A stretch of 64,000 nt of DNA from Gaiellaceae bacterium (GTDB lineage Bacteria > Actinomycetota > Thermoleophilia > Gaiellales > Gaiellaceae): assembly GCA_035518635.1 (NCBI GenBank), contig DATIXI010000041.1:13017-77016 (forward strand). Reading direction: 5' to 3'. Position 1 is the first letter of the stretch. Each line of letters opens with the position of its first letter. The notes beneath the pieces were generated by a model. It was given only the letters and a program-made list of their open reading frames with translations. It was not told the DNA's origin and searched no databases. Positions 1 through 8,723 of the stretch are shown here, one piece after another. Position numbers and translations under genes: made by a program.

Positions 1-444
1 TGCCGGAGCCGCGACGAGCTCGAGGCGTGCCTGGCGGTGATCGCCCACCGGCGCTGGTTCTCCAAGGACGGCGCGATCGCTCAGGAGCTCGTCCCGTCGC
101 CCGGCTTCGACCTGCGCGTGATCGTGGCTGGCGGCACGGTCGTCGGAGCCGCCGAGCGCGTTGCTCGGCCGGGCGAATGGCGGACGAACATCTCGCTCGG
201 CGGAACTCTCCGCCCGGCGCACCTACCCGAAGAGGCCCGGCAGCTCGCAATTCGGTCCGCGGCCGCGCTCGACGCCGACCTGATCGGGGTCGACCTCCTT
301 CCGGTGCCCGACGGCTACACCGTCATCGAGATGAACGGCGCCGTCGAGTTCGACGCCCGCTACTCACTCCCCGGCACCGTCGTCTACACCGCCGTCGCGA
401 ACGCTCTCTCGCTCGCCCCGGCCGACGCGGTCACGCTCGGGTGA
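1..444 (+). CDS. ATP-grasp (RimK-type) ligase, C-terminal fragment; 5' end outside the window
   Basis: Frame 1 is open from nt 1 to TGA 442-444. The translation (GFDLRVIVAGG..., WRTNISLGG, IGVDLLP, VIEMNGAVEF) looks like the C-terminal ATP-grasp core of RimK-like ligases. Confidence 0.7.
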   Translation, partial: CRSRDELEACLAVIAHRRWFSKDGAIAQELVPSPGFDLRVIVAGGTVVGAAERVARPGEWRTNISLGGTLRPAHLPEEARQLAIRSAAALDADLIGVDLLPVPDGYTVIEMNGAVEFDARYSLPGTVVYTAVANALSLAPADAVTLG

Positions 445-465
445 CGAGCGCAGGCGCGTCGACAG

Positions 466-2520
466 TCAGGCGCTGGAATCCGCCGACCTGCCCACCCGGT
501 GCCGGCCCGCGACGCCCGCGGTCTGAGCGGCGCGCGCGACGGCCTCGGCCACGGCCGGCGCGACCTTGCGGTCGAATACGCTCGGAATCACGTAGTCCGC
601 CTCGAGGTGCTCGCGGTCGACGACGGCGGCGAGCGCGTGGGCGGCGGCGAGCTCCATCTCACGCGTGATCGCGCTCGCCCGAGCATCGAGCGCGCCGCGG
701 AACAGGCCGGGGAAGACGAGCACGTTGTTGATCTGGTTCGGGTAGTCGGAGCGCCCGGTCCCGACGACGGCGACGAGCTGCTCGATCTCCTCGGGGGAGA
801 CCTCGGGAGTCGGGTTCGCCATCGCGAAGACGATCCCGTCCTCGGCCATCGACCGGATCCCGTCGACGCTGACGGCACCGGGGCCCGACAGGCCGATGAA
901 GACATCCGCGCCGGCCAGCGCCGCGTCAGCCGTCCCGGGTCGTCCGTCCGGGTTCGTCTCTTCTGCCAGGGTGGCCTTGAAGTGGTCCAGCCCGGGCCGG
1001 CTGGGGCAGAGGATCCCCTTGCGGTCGCACACGACGACCTGACCGGCGCCGGCCGAGAGGAGCATCCTCGCCGTCGCAGCCCCCGCCGCCCCCGCGCCGG
1101 TGAGCACGACCCGCACATCGTGGAGCTCCTTCCCGACGACCCGGAGCGCGTTCAGCAGGGCCCCGAGCACGACGATCGCGGTCCCGTGCTGGTCGTCGTG
1201 GAAGACCGGGATCGAGAGCTCCTCGCGCAGACGGGCTTCGATCTCGAAACAGCGCGGCGCAGAGATGTCCTCGAGGTTGATTCCGCCGAACACGGGTGCA
1301 AGGGCGACGACCGTCCGCACGATCTCGTCAGGATCCGTCGTGGCGAGACAGATCGGCCAGGCATCGATCCCGCCGAACTCCTTGAACAGGATCGCCTTGC
1401 CCTCCATCACCGGGAGGGCGGCCTCGGGACCGATGTCGCCGAGCCCGAGCACCGCCGTGCCGTCGGTGACGACGGCGACCGCGTTCTGCTTGATCGTCAG
1501 GTTCCAGACCTTCTCCGGGTCGTCGGCGATCGCACGGCACACGCGGGCGACGCCGGGCGTGTAGGCCATCGAGAGGTCGTCGCGCGTCTTCAGCGGCGCC
1601 TTCGAGACGACCTCGAGCTTGCCGCCGAGATGAAGCAGGAAGGTCCGGTCGGAGACGTGCTCGACCTCGATGCCGTCCACGGCTCGGACGGCCTCGACGA
1701 TGCGGTGAATGTGCGCCTCGTCGTCCGCGAGCACCGTCACGTCGCGGATCTTCTTGCCCCGCTCGACGCGGACGAGGTCGATCGCCCCGAGCAGCCCGCC
1801 GGCCTCTCCGATCGCGCTGGCCAGGCGCGCGAACGAGCCCGGCTGGTTCTCGAGGTGCACGCGCAGGGTTGCGCTGAAGGATGCCGACGGATGGTGCGAG
1901 GCCATGCCGAGAGTGTCTCCGAGACGGAGCCTCGAGCCATCCGCGCCGCTACCGAGCCGGGCTTCGGCTTTTCCGCACGCGCTCCGCCAGATGGGCCAGG
2001 TGGCCCGCACGGGAACGGTCCGGTCGCTCCAGTCGCTGTAGGCCGCGGGCGGGTCGCTCGTCTCCTCCGGCGCAGATGCGTCGTAGCGGGCGGCCTTCTC
2101 GTTGCGCGGGTAGTGCAGCTTCTTGTCCTCGCTGCGGACGCCGACCATGAGGATCGCGCACGGCCCCTTGCCCGCGCCGACGAAGATGTGGTCGGTCCCG
2201 GGCGCGCAGTGGAAGAAGTCCCACGCCTTGAGGTGCCGCTCCTCGTCCTCGACGAGCAGCAGGCACTCGCCCGAGAGGACGAGGAAGTCCTCCTGCACGC
2301 TCTCGGAGTGATAACGCCCGTTGGGCTGGCCGGGCTGGAGGACGTGGACGCCGATCGCGTACTGCTCGAAGGGCGCCTCGCGGCTCTCGAAGCTCGTCCA
2401 CTCGCCGCCTTTGTCGTGACGGCTCCACTGCGCGTCCGCGAGGTTGATCACGTACCAGCCCGGAGTTGCGGCGACCTGGCCCTCTGGGGTGTGCTCGATC
2501 CTCGCCTCTCCCGTGGACAC
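466..2520 (-). CDS. NAD(P)-dependent malic enzyme (ACT + malic + NAD-binding) with an in-frame N-terminal cupin domain, single 684-codon ORF
   Basis: Residues ~206-684 (MASHHPSASFSATLRVHLENQPG..., SMAYTPGVARVC, FHDDQHGTAIV, MANPTPE) are a typical ACT-type malic enzyme. Residues 1-~170 (GVHVLQPGQ..., EDFLVLSGECLLLV, FHCAPGTDHIF) are a cupin. No stop codon separates them; an internal ATG lies at 1905-1903. Confidence 0.8.
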   Translation of the reverse strand: MSTGEARIEHTPEGQVAATPGWYVINLADAQWSRHDKGGEWTSFESREAPFEQYAIGVHVLQPGQPNGRYHSESVQEDFLVLSGECLLLVEDEERHLKAWDFFHCAPGTDHIFVGAGKGPCAILMVGVRSEDKKLHYPRNEKAARYDASAPEETSDPPAAYSDWSDRTVPVRATWPIWRSACGKAEARLGSGADGSRLRLGDTLGMASHHPSASFSATLRVHLENQPGSFARLASAIGEAGGLLGAIDLVRVERGKKIRDVTVLADDEAHIHRIVEAVRAVDGIEVEHVSDRTFLLHLGGKLEVVSKAPLKTRDDLSMAYTPGVARVCRAIADDPEKVWNLTIKQNAVAVVTDGTAVLGLGDIGPEAALPVMEGKAILFKEFGGIDAWPICLATTDPDEIVRTVVALAPVFGGINLEDISAPRCFEIEARLREELSIPVFHDDQHGTAIVVLGALLNALRVVGKELHDVRVVLTGAGAAGAATARMLLSAGAGQVVVCDRKGILCPSRPGLDHFKATLAEETNPDGRPGTADAALAGADVFIGLSGPGAVSVDGIRSMAEDGIVFAMANPTPEVSPEEIEQLVAVVGTGRSDYPNQINNVLVFPGLFRGALDARASAITREMELAAAHALAAVVDREHLEADYVIPSVFDRKVAPAVAEAVARAAQTAGVAGRHRVGRSADSSA

Positions 2521-2550
2521 GGGTCGAGCCTACCCGACTAGATTCCCGGC

Positions 2551-3531
2551 ATGAGGCTGCTCGTCCTCGGCGGAACGAAGTTCCTCGGCCGCGCGGTGGT
2601 CGATGCGGCCCTCGCCCGCGGCGACGAGGTCACGCTCTTCAACCGCGGGCAGACGAGCCCGGAGCTGTTCCCGGAGGTCGAGAAGCTCCGTGGAGACCGG
2701 GACGGCGACCTCGCCGCGCTCGAGCGCCGCGAATGGGACGCGGTGATCGACCCGTCCGGCTTCGTGCCGCGGATCGTGCGCGACTCGGCCGAGCTGCTCC
2801 GGGGCTCGGTCGGCCACTACCTCTTCGTCTCGACCGGGTCCGTCTACGCCGATCCGTCTCCCGGCTTCGACGAGACGGCGCCGACGGCGGAGCTGACCGA
2901 GCCGGACAGCGAGGACGTCCTCGCCCACTACGGGGCGCTCAAGGCCGCCTGCGAGCGGGTCGTCGCGGAGGTCTTCCCGGACGCGCATACGAACGTGCGC
3001 GCCGGCCTGATCGTGGGGCCCCACGACCCGACGGGCCGCTTCACCTACTGGCCGCTCCGCGTCGCGGCCGGCGGGGAGATGCTCGCGCCGGCGCCGCCCG
3101 AGCGGCAGATCCAGTTCATCGACGTCCGCGACCTCGCCGCGTGGATGGTGGAGGCCTGCGACCGCGGCCACGTGGGCACGTACAACGCGACGTGCGAGTG
3201 CCGGAGCTTCGGCGAGCTGCTGGCCGCGTGCGGTGACGTCGAGCCGGTCTGGGTCCCGGACGAGTTCCTCGTCGAGCACGAGGTCGAGCCGTTCAGCGAG
3301 CTCCCGCTCTGGCTTCCGGGCGAGGCCGCCGCCTTTCTCCAGGGCGACGTCTCGAAGGCGGTCGGCGCGGGTCTCCGCTTTCGACCGCTCGACGCGACGG
3401 TGCGTGACACGCTCGCCTGGGCGCAGGAGGCCGGCGAGCAGCTGGTCACCGACCGAGGCCTGCGTCAGGGCCGGGCCGGACTCGACCCCGCGAAGGAAGC
3501 CGAGCTGCTGGCCGCATGGCGCACCAGTTGA
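2551..3531 (+). CDS. NAD-dependent epimerase/dehydratase family protein
   Basis: N-terminal Rossmann motif MRLLVLGGTKFLGRAVV; 326-aa ORF with high third-position GC. Confidence 0.8.
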   Translation: MRLLVLGGTKFLGRAVVDAALARGDEVTLFNRGQTSPELFPEVEKLRGDRDGDLAALERREWDAVIDPSGFVPRIVRDSAELLRGSVGHYLFVSTGSVYADPSPGFDETAPTAELTEPDSEDVLAHYGALKAACERVVAEVFPDAHTNVRAGLIVGPHDPTGRFTYWPLRVAAGGEMLAPAPPERQIQFIDVRDLAAWMVEACDRGHVGTYNATCECRSFGELLAACGDVEPVWVPDEFLVEHEVEPFSELPLWLPGEAAAFLQGDVSKAVGAGLRFRPLDATVRDTLAWAQEAGEQLVTDRGLRQGRAGLDPAKEAELLAAWRTS

Positions 3532-3533
3532 CC

Positions 3534-3552
3534 TAGTAACAGACTGTTACTA
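3534..3552. repeat. Perfect 19-bp palindrome TAGTAACAG-A-CTGTTACTA in the 32-nt spacer between convergent genes
   Basis: Read directly. AT-rich relative to its surroundings. Could be a bidirectional terminator hairpin or a protein-binding site. Confidence 0.6.
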
Positions 3553-3563
3553 AGTGCCGGACT

Positions 3564-4061
3564 CTAGGGCGTGCAGTCGGCGCTCTCGTCCTCCGCGCCT
3601 TCCGGCGGAAGGCGCTCGAGGAGATCGCGGAGCGTCTGGAGCTCCCCCTGGGAGTAGCGCTCGGCGAAAAGGCCGCGGACGTCCGCGACATGCGCCTCCG
3701 AGGCCTCCCGCAGCTTCGCGAGACCGTCGTCGGTGAGCTGCGCGTAGGTCACGCGCGCGTCGCTCGCGCACGAGGCGCGCTCGACGTAGCCGCTCTGCTC
3801 GAGGCCTGCCAGCAGGCGCGTGATCCCGGAGGGCGTGAGCAGGATCTCCTCGGAGAGGTCGACTCGGCGCATCCTGCGGTCCGGGGCCCGCGAAAGACGG
3901 AGCAGCACCTCGTAGGCATTCAGTGTCAGACCGTGGTCTGCGACGAGGTCGGCGTTGAAGCGCCGCGTCACCGATGCATGCGCGCGCAGCAGGCCCACGA
4001 AGGCCTCGATCTCGACTCGTTCCCGCTGTGATGCTTGCGCGCTCAATACTTGACGTCTCAA
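3564..4061 (-). CDS. MarR family transcriptional regulator
   Basis: Winged-helix MarR pattern (LTLNAYEVLLRLS..., RMRRVDLSEEILLTPSGITRLLAGLEQSGYVER). Divergent from the yceI-like operon. The start is TTG at 4061 per the ORF track and is uncertain. Confidence 0.8.
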   Translation of the reverse strand: MRRQVLSAQASQRERVEIEAFVGLLRAHASVTRRFNADLVADHGLTLNAYEVLLRLSRAPDRRMRRVDLSEEILLTPSGITRLLAGLEQSGYVERASCASDARVTYAQLTDDGLAKLREASEAHVADVRGLFAERYSQGELQTLRDLLERLPPEGAEDESADCTP

Positions 4062-4097
4062 CTTTCTCGCTGTATGATTGTTGACAGCTCAAGTATA
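4045..4097. promoter_or_regulatory. Candidate MarR operator: inverted half-sites AATACTTGA (4045-4053) and TCAAGTATA (4089-4097)
   Basis: An 8/9 complementary pair flanks the promoter in the marR/yceI divergent region. The same ATACTTGA half-site occurs at the second MarR locus (48510). Confidence 0.4.
4050..4078 (+). promoter_or_regulatory. Sigma-70-like promoter for the yceI-like operon (TTGACG-N17-TATGAT)
   Basis: TTGACG at 4050-4055, a 17-nt spacer, TATGAT at 4073-4078, about 40 nt upstream of ATG 4119. Confidence 0.5.
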
Positions 4098-4118
4098 TCC
4101 ACCAAGGAGGACGCCGCA

Positions 4119-4622
4119 ATGTCCGCAGTTGCAAGCACGACCATCATCCCGACCGGCACCTGGATCGTCGATCCGGCGCACACGACCGTCGGCTTCCAGG
4201 TCACCGACACGGCAGACCTGTTCAGCACGATCGTCGGCCGCTTCACCGAGCTCGAGGGCCGCATCGAGGGAGGCGACGAGCCGTCGTTTGCCGGAGCGAT
4301 CCGCGTTGCGAGCCTGCACACCGACAACGAGCAGCGCGACGCGCACCTGCTCTCGCCCGACTTCCTCGAGGGCGAGAAGCACCCCGAGATTCGCTTCCGC
4401 TCCACCACGACCGAGCCGATCGGCGACGACCGGCTCCGCGTCCGCGGCGAGCTGAGCGTCAAGGACACGCCCTTCGAGATCGAGCTCGAGGCCCGCGTCC
4501 GCGGCATCGGCACGGGACAGCTCGGCGACGCGCGCATCGTCCTCGACGCGCGCGGCTCTTTCGAGTGGGGCACGACCACGGTAGAGCTCACGGTCGCCGT
4601 CTCCGCGGCGAGGGAGGCCTGA
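4119..4622 (+). CDS. YceI-like polyisoprenoid-binding protein
   Basis: TWIVDPAHTTVGFQV and LHTDNEQRDAHL motifs. ATG 4119 is preceded by AAGGAGG; the longer 4035 start would overlap the MarR start. Confidence 0.8.
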   Translation: MSAVASTTIIPTGTWIVDPAHTTVGFQVTDTADLFSTIVGRFTELEGRIEGGDEPSFAGAIRVASLHTDNEQRDAHLLSPDFLEGEKHPEIRFRSTTTEPIGDDRLRVRGELSVKDTPFEIELEARVRGIGTGQLGDARIVLDARGSFEWGTTTVELTVAVSAAREA

Positions 4623-4628
4623 GCAACG

Positions 4629-5183
4629 TTGAAGATCCTCGGAATCGCCGGCAGCCTCCGCTCGGGCTCGTACAACCGGGCCCTCCTGCAGGCGGCGCGT
4701 GAGCTCGCGCCAGCAGGCGTCGAGATCGACGAGTTCGATCTCCGCGAGCTGCCGTTCTACGACGGCGACGTCGAGGCAGCCGGCGATCCCGATTCCGTCG
4801 CGGCCTTCAAGGACGCGATCCGCGCGGCGGACGCGATCCTGATCGCGACGCCCGAGTACAACCACGGAATCCCGGGCGTGCTCAAGAACGCGATCGACTG
4901 GGCCTCGCGCCCGGCGCTCGCGTCGCCGCTCGTCGGCAAGCCCGTCGCGATCATGGGCGCCTCGACCGGCCGGGGCGGCACCGCCAGGGCCCAGCGGCAG
5001 CTCCGCGACGTTCTCGCACTCTCGCACCCGCTCGTGCTCGACGAGCCGGAGGTCCGCGTGCCCGAGGCGTTCATGCGCTTCGACGAGGAGGGCGTCCTCG
5101 TCGACGAGGAGGCGCGCCGGTCGATCTCGAGCCTCCTCGATTCCCTCGCCACCGTGGCAGGCGGTGTTACGCTCGCCGCGTGA
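4629..5183 (+). CDS. NADPH-dependent FMN reductase
   Basis: MKILGIAGSLRSGSYNRALL and ATPEYNHGIPGVLKNAIDWASRP motifs; TTG start 6 nt after the yceI stop. Confidence 0.85.
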   Translation: MKILGIAGSLRSGSYNRALLQAARELAPAGVEIDEFDLRELPFYDGDVEAAGDPDSVAAFKDAIRAADAILIATPEYNHGIPGVLKNAIDWASRPALASPLVGKPVAIMGASTGRGGTARAQRQLRDVLALSHPLVLDEPEVRVPEAFMRFDEEGVLVDEEARRSISSLLDSLATVAGGVTLAA

Positions 5184-5557
5184 GCACCGTCGGCGACCTG
5201 ATGACGAGCGACGTCCTGACCGTTGCCCCCGAGGACACGATCGGCGAGACCGCCCAGCGGATGGTCGAGCTCGGCGTGAGCTCGGCGGTCGTCTCGGACT
5301 ACGGCAGGCTGATCGGGATCGTCACCGAGCGCGACCTCACGCGCGCGGTCGCCGGCCGGGTGCACACGAGCGAGGCGCGCGTGCGCGAGTGGATGACGAG
5401 CGACCCGGTGACGCTGTCGAAGGACGCCTCCCCGGCCGAGGCCGCCCGGATCATGCTCGACAACGGGTTCCGCCACATCCCGATCGTCGAGGACGAGCAC
5501 ACGATCGGGATCGTCAGCATCCGCGACGTTGCCCGCTGGAGCACGGAAGAGGACTGA
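5180..5557 (+). CDS. CBS domain-containing protein
   Basis: Two CBS repeats (VGDLMTSDVLTV...GIVTERDL; HIPIVEDEHTIGIVSIRDV). The start overlaps the preceding stop by 4 nt. Confidence 0.85.
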   Translation: MSTVGDLMTSDVLTVAPEDTIGETAQRMVELGVSSAVVSDYGRLIGIVTERDLTRAVAGRVHTSEARVREWMTSDPVTLSKDASPAEAARIMLDNGFRHIPIVEDEHTIGIVSIRDVARWSTEED

Positions 5558-5605
5558 ACTGAGGCGTCGCTTGCGATGCCGTCGTTTCTCACCGGTGACG
5601 AGCTC

Positions 5606-6658
5606 CTAGACGAGCTCGAGCTGGCGATGGGCCTCCAGGCCGGAGACGCCGACACCGACGAGCCGTAGCGCTCCCGGCCGGTCGGCGAGCGCGCGGTCGA
5701 GCAGCACGCACGCGAGCTCCCAGATCCGCTCGGCGTCGTCTGTCCCGACCGGGAGCGTCGTCGAGCGGGAGCGGATCGAGAAGTCCGGGTAGCGCACCTT
5801 CGTCGTGACCGTGCGCCCGGCCTGGGCCGAGGCCTGGAGCCGGTCGGCGACGGTCTGCGACAGGCGGCGCAGCTCGTCCTGCAGCCGCTCGACCTCGGCC
5901 ACGTCTCGGGGGAACGTCTCCTCCGCGCTGATCGAGATCGTCTCGGACGTGAGCTCGAGCTGCCGCGGGTCGATTCCGCGCGCACGGTCGCGCAGCAGCG
6001 GGCCGAGCTTCCCGGGGAGAACGCCCCGCAGCCTGTCGTCCGGCAGGGCGGCGAGCGCGCCGATCGTCTCGACCCCCGCCTTGCGCAGCCTCTCCTCCGC
6101 CCTCGGTCCCACTCCGGGCAGCCGCCGTACGTCGAAGGGCGCGAGGAACGCAGCTTCCTTCCCGGCCGGGACGACCGTCAGGCCGCCCGGCTTGCGCCGG
6201 TCGCTCGCGATCTTCGCGACCACCTTGCACGAGGCGACGCCGAGCGCGCAGCTGAGGCTGGTCGTCCCGCGGACGGCCGCCTGCACGGCCTCTGCCACCG
6301 CCCTTGCGCGCCCGTAGTCCGGCGCGACCTCGCCCACGTCGAGGTAGCCCTCGTCCATCCCGGTCCGCTCGACGGTCGGGACGACCTCCCGGACCGCGTC
6401 CCAGACGGCGCGCGAGTACTCCCGGTAGAGGCGGTGCCTGGGCCGGAGGAAGACCGCGTGCGGGCAGCGGCGAAGCGCCTCGGCGCAGGGCATCGCCGAG
6501 TGAATCCCGAAGCGGCGGGCGACGTAGTTCGCGGTCGCGACGACGCCCCGCCCGTGCGGGTCGCCGCCGACGACGAGCGGCTGGGCCCGCAGCTCGGGCG
6601 CCTCCAGCTCCTCCACGGCCGCGAAGAACGCGTCGAGGTCGAGGTGGGCGAGAATCAC
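5606..6658 (-). CDS. dinB: DNA polymerase IV
   Basis: ILAHLDLDAFFAAVEE, VVATANYVARRFGIHSAMP and SCKVVAKIASD motifs. The GTG at 6658 overlaps the upstream stop (GTGA). The rest of the 582-codon ORF is Arg/Ala read-through. Confidence 0.85.
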   Translation of the reverse strand: MILAHLDLDAFFAAVEELEAPELRAQPLVVGGDPHGRGVVATANYVARRFGIHSAMPCAEALRRCPHAVFLRPRHRLYREYSRAVWDAVREVVPTVERTGMDEGYLDVGEVAPDYGRARAVAEAVQAAVRGTTSLSCALGVASCKVVAKIASDRRKPGGLTVVPAGKEAAFLAPFDVRRLPGVGPRAEERLRKAGVETIGALAALPDDRLRGVLPGKLGPLLRDRARGIDPRQLELTSETISISAEETFPRDVAEVERLQDELRRLSQTVADRLQASAQAGRTVTTKVRYPDFSIRSRSTTLPVGTDDAERIWELACVLLDRALADRPGALRLVGVGVSGLEAHRQLELV

Positions 6659-7629
6659 CTCGCGTAGACGATCTGGACGACGACGAACACGACGTAGAGC
6701 AGCAGTATCGCCGTGCCGCCAGACCTCCTGATGCCGCGGCGCGTGGCCAGCAGCCCCAGCGTCACGACCGTCATGAGGAGCAGCCAGGCGAGGCCGAAGC
6801 CGCCCAGCGCCCCGAGCGAGCCGAGGCTCACGAACAGCGCCGGGAGCGTGATCCCGAAGAGGAGGTTGGTCGTGTTGCTGTTGAGCGTCTCGCTGACGAG
6901 CGCCGCTCCCCGGTGCTGAAGAGCGAGCCGGGCAGCCGTGTACGCGTTCGGGAGGCTGGTCAGGATCGCGAGCACGAGGATCCCGACGACCGCGTCGGGC
7001 ACGTCCCACCTGCCGGCGAGCGAGAGCGCGGCGTCGACCATCCCGAAGCTCCCGGCCACAATGATCGCGAGCGCCGGAACGAGCGTCAGCGCCGGCACGA
7101 GCAGAGCCTCGCCGTGCTGCAGCGCGTGCTCGGGCCTGTGGCTCCTCCCGAAGAACGGACGGAACACGCGGGGCGCACGAGTCGGTCCGAGCGCAAGGAG
7201 CGCCAAATACGGGCCGAGGAGCACGACCAAGAGCGCGAGCGTCGGCCACGGCCCGAGCAGCTCGAGCAAGAGCGCTCCCACGATCACGGTCGCCGCGAGC
7301 CCCACGCCGCCCTCGATCGCGACGGCCTCGCGGTGCAGGTGAATGCGCCCGCACACGATCGCGCTCAGCCCCACCATGGCCGCGAGGTTGAAGACGTTCG
7401 ACCCGAGCACGACGCCGACGCCGACGTCGGGCGCTCCTCGCGCGAGCGCCGCGATCGCAGAGGCGGTCTCGGGGGCGTCAGCCGCGAGCGCGGTCAGCAG
7501 GCCGAGCATCGTCTCGGGAAGCCCGAGGCGCAGGCCGACGCGGTCGAGACGCCGTGCGAAGAACGCCGCCGCGGCGAGCGTCACGACCACGGAGCCGGCG
7601 AAGTAGATGAGGTCGAGGAGCGCTGCCAT
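6655..7629 (-). CDS. Ca2+/cation antiporter (CaCA, YrbG-like) family membrane protein
   Basis: About 10 hydrophobic segments with two alpha-repeat-like motifs (GSNVFNLAAMVG; ETLNSNTTNLLFG). Confidence 0.75.
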   Translation of the reverse strand: MAALLDLIYFAGSVVVTLAAAAFFARRLDRVGLRLGLPETMLGLLTALAADAPETASAIAALARGAPDVGVGVVLGSNVFNLAAMVGLSAIVCGRIHLHREAVAIEGGVGLAATVIVGALLLELLGPWPTLALLVVLLGPYLALLALGPTRAPRVFRPFFGRSHRPEHALQHGEALLVPALTLVPALAIIVAGSFGMVDAALSLAGRWDVPDAVVGILVLAILTSLPNAYTAARLALQHRGAALVSETLNSNTTNLLFGITLPALFVSLGSLGALGGFGLAWLLLMTVVTLGLLATRRGIRRSGGTAILLLYVVFVVVQIVYAR

Positions 7630-7687
7630 CAGCGGTTTCGCCGACCAGACTTCCCGGCACGCCCCGTCGCTTGTACGGGAACCCTAC

Positions 7688-8242
7688 TCAGGCTTCGGCA
7701 TTGAGCGCGCGCCTGGCCGCGTCCGCCGCGGCCTCGGCCGCGCGTCCGGCCCGCGCCAGCCGCTCGTCGTCGCTCCCTGTCGTGAGATTGACCTGGACGA
7801 GCCTGACCGCTGCCCGCGCCGCTCCTGCGGCGAGCGCTGCGGCGGCGGACGCGTCGGCCCTCGCGGCGCCGTCGGCGCACTCCGACGCGTCGGCCGCGAC
7901 GGCCGCGACATCCGCGGCGGTCTCGGCGATCGCGAGCGGGACCTCGGCGGCCTTGACGAGCGCGCGCGCGAGATTGGCATCGCGCTGCTCGAGCGCGGTC
8001 AGCGCCGTTTCGTAGGCCCGGGCGTCCTGGCCCGCGAGCGCGAGCAGGCGGTCGCGCAGGTCGAGCGCCTGCGCCCGCATACCCTCCGCCCCGCTCCACC
8101 CCTCGGACCGGGAGGCGGCCTTCGCGACCAGCGCTGCCGCGAGCCCGGCCGAGACGGCTGCGACCCAGCCCGAGCCGGGGACGGCGTCGGCCGAGGAGAC
8201 GAGCTCGGCGAGCTCGTGCGCCTGGGTCGTCTCCTCAGGCAA
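7688..8242 (-). CDS. Cyclodeaminase/cyclohydrolase (FTCD C-terminal-like) family protein
   Basis: All-helical, Ala-rich sequence with PGSGWVAAVSAGLAAALVAKAA near the N-terminus. The only plausible start is TTG 8242, overlapping the macro-domain stop by 8 nt. Confidence 0.6.
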   Translation of the reverse strand: MPEETTQAHELAELVSSADAVPGSGWVAAVSAGLAAALVAKAASRSEGWSGAEGMRAQALDLRDRLLALAGQDARAYETALTALEQRDANLARALVKAAEVPLAIAETAADVAAVAADASECADGAARADASAAAALAAGAARAAVRLVQVNLTTGSDDERLARAGRAAEAAADAARRALNAEA

Positions 8243-8723
8243 GGGCCTCCTCGAAGGCGGCTCGCGCGTCGTCGCCGAAGACGGCGAAGACGACCTCGTC
8301 GAGCGTGGACGACTCGTAGGACCGCGCCTCGCCGACCATGATCCCGGCGCACTCGTCGAGCGGGAAGCCGCCGACCCCGGTGCCGAAGGCCGGGAGCGCG
8401 AGCGAGCGAGCGCCGAGCTCGTCCGCGAGCTCGAGGCAGCTCCGCGTCGTGCGCCTGACGAGGTCGGCGTTCGTGCGGAGATCCTGACCCATGACGGCAC
8501 CGTGCAGCACGTGCTTCGCGCGAAGCCGGCCGGCTCCGGTCGCAACCGCCTCGCCGAGCCCGATCGGCCCGAGTGCCACCGCCTCGCGCTCGATCTCCTC
8601 ACCGCCCGCGCGCTTGAGCGCGCCGGCGACGCCCGCGCCCATCCAGAGATGGTCGTTGGCAGCGTTCGCGATCGCGTCCACCTCCAGCGCGGCGATGTCC
8701 CCCTCGACGACCTCGAGGCGCAT
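8235..8723 (-). CDS. Macro domain protein (ADP-ribose-binding / O-acetyl-ADP-ribose deacetylase-like)
   Basis: VEGDIAALEVDAIANAAN, GAGVAGALKRAGG and LALPAFGTGVGGFP motifs. ATG 8723 overlaps the upstream stop (ATGA). Confidence 0.85.
   Translation of the reverse strand: MRLEVVEGDIAALEVDAIANAANDHLWMGAGVAGALKRAGGEEIEREAVALGPIGLGEAVATGAGRLRAKHVLHGAVMGQDLRTNADLVRRTTRSCLELADELGARSLALPAFGTGVGGFPLDECAGIMVGEARSYESSTLDEVVFAVFGDDARAAFEEALA

Noticed and set aside
5606-7354. Full 582-codon ORF as a long DinB
   Set aside because: Only the C-terminal 351 codons match DNA polymerase IV. The N-terminal 230 codons are Arg/Ala-rich and overlap the CaCA antiporter gene, which has proper TM periodicity. GTG 6658 gives a 4-nt start/stop overlap.
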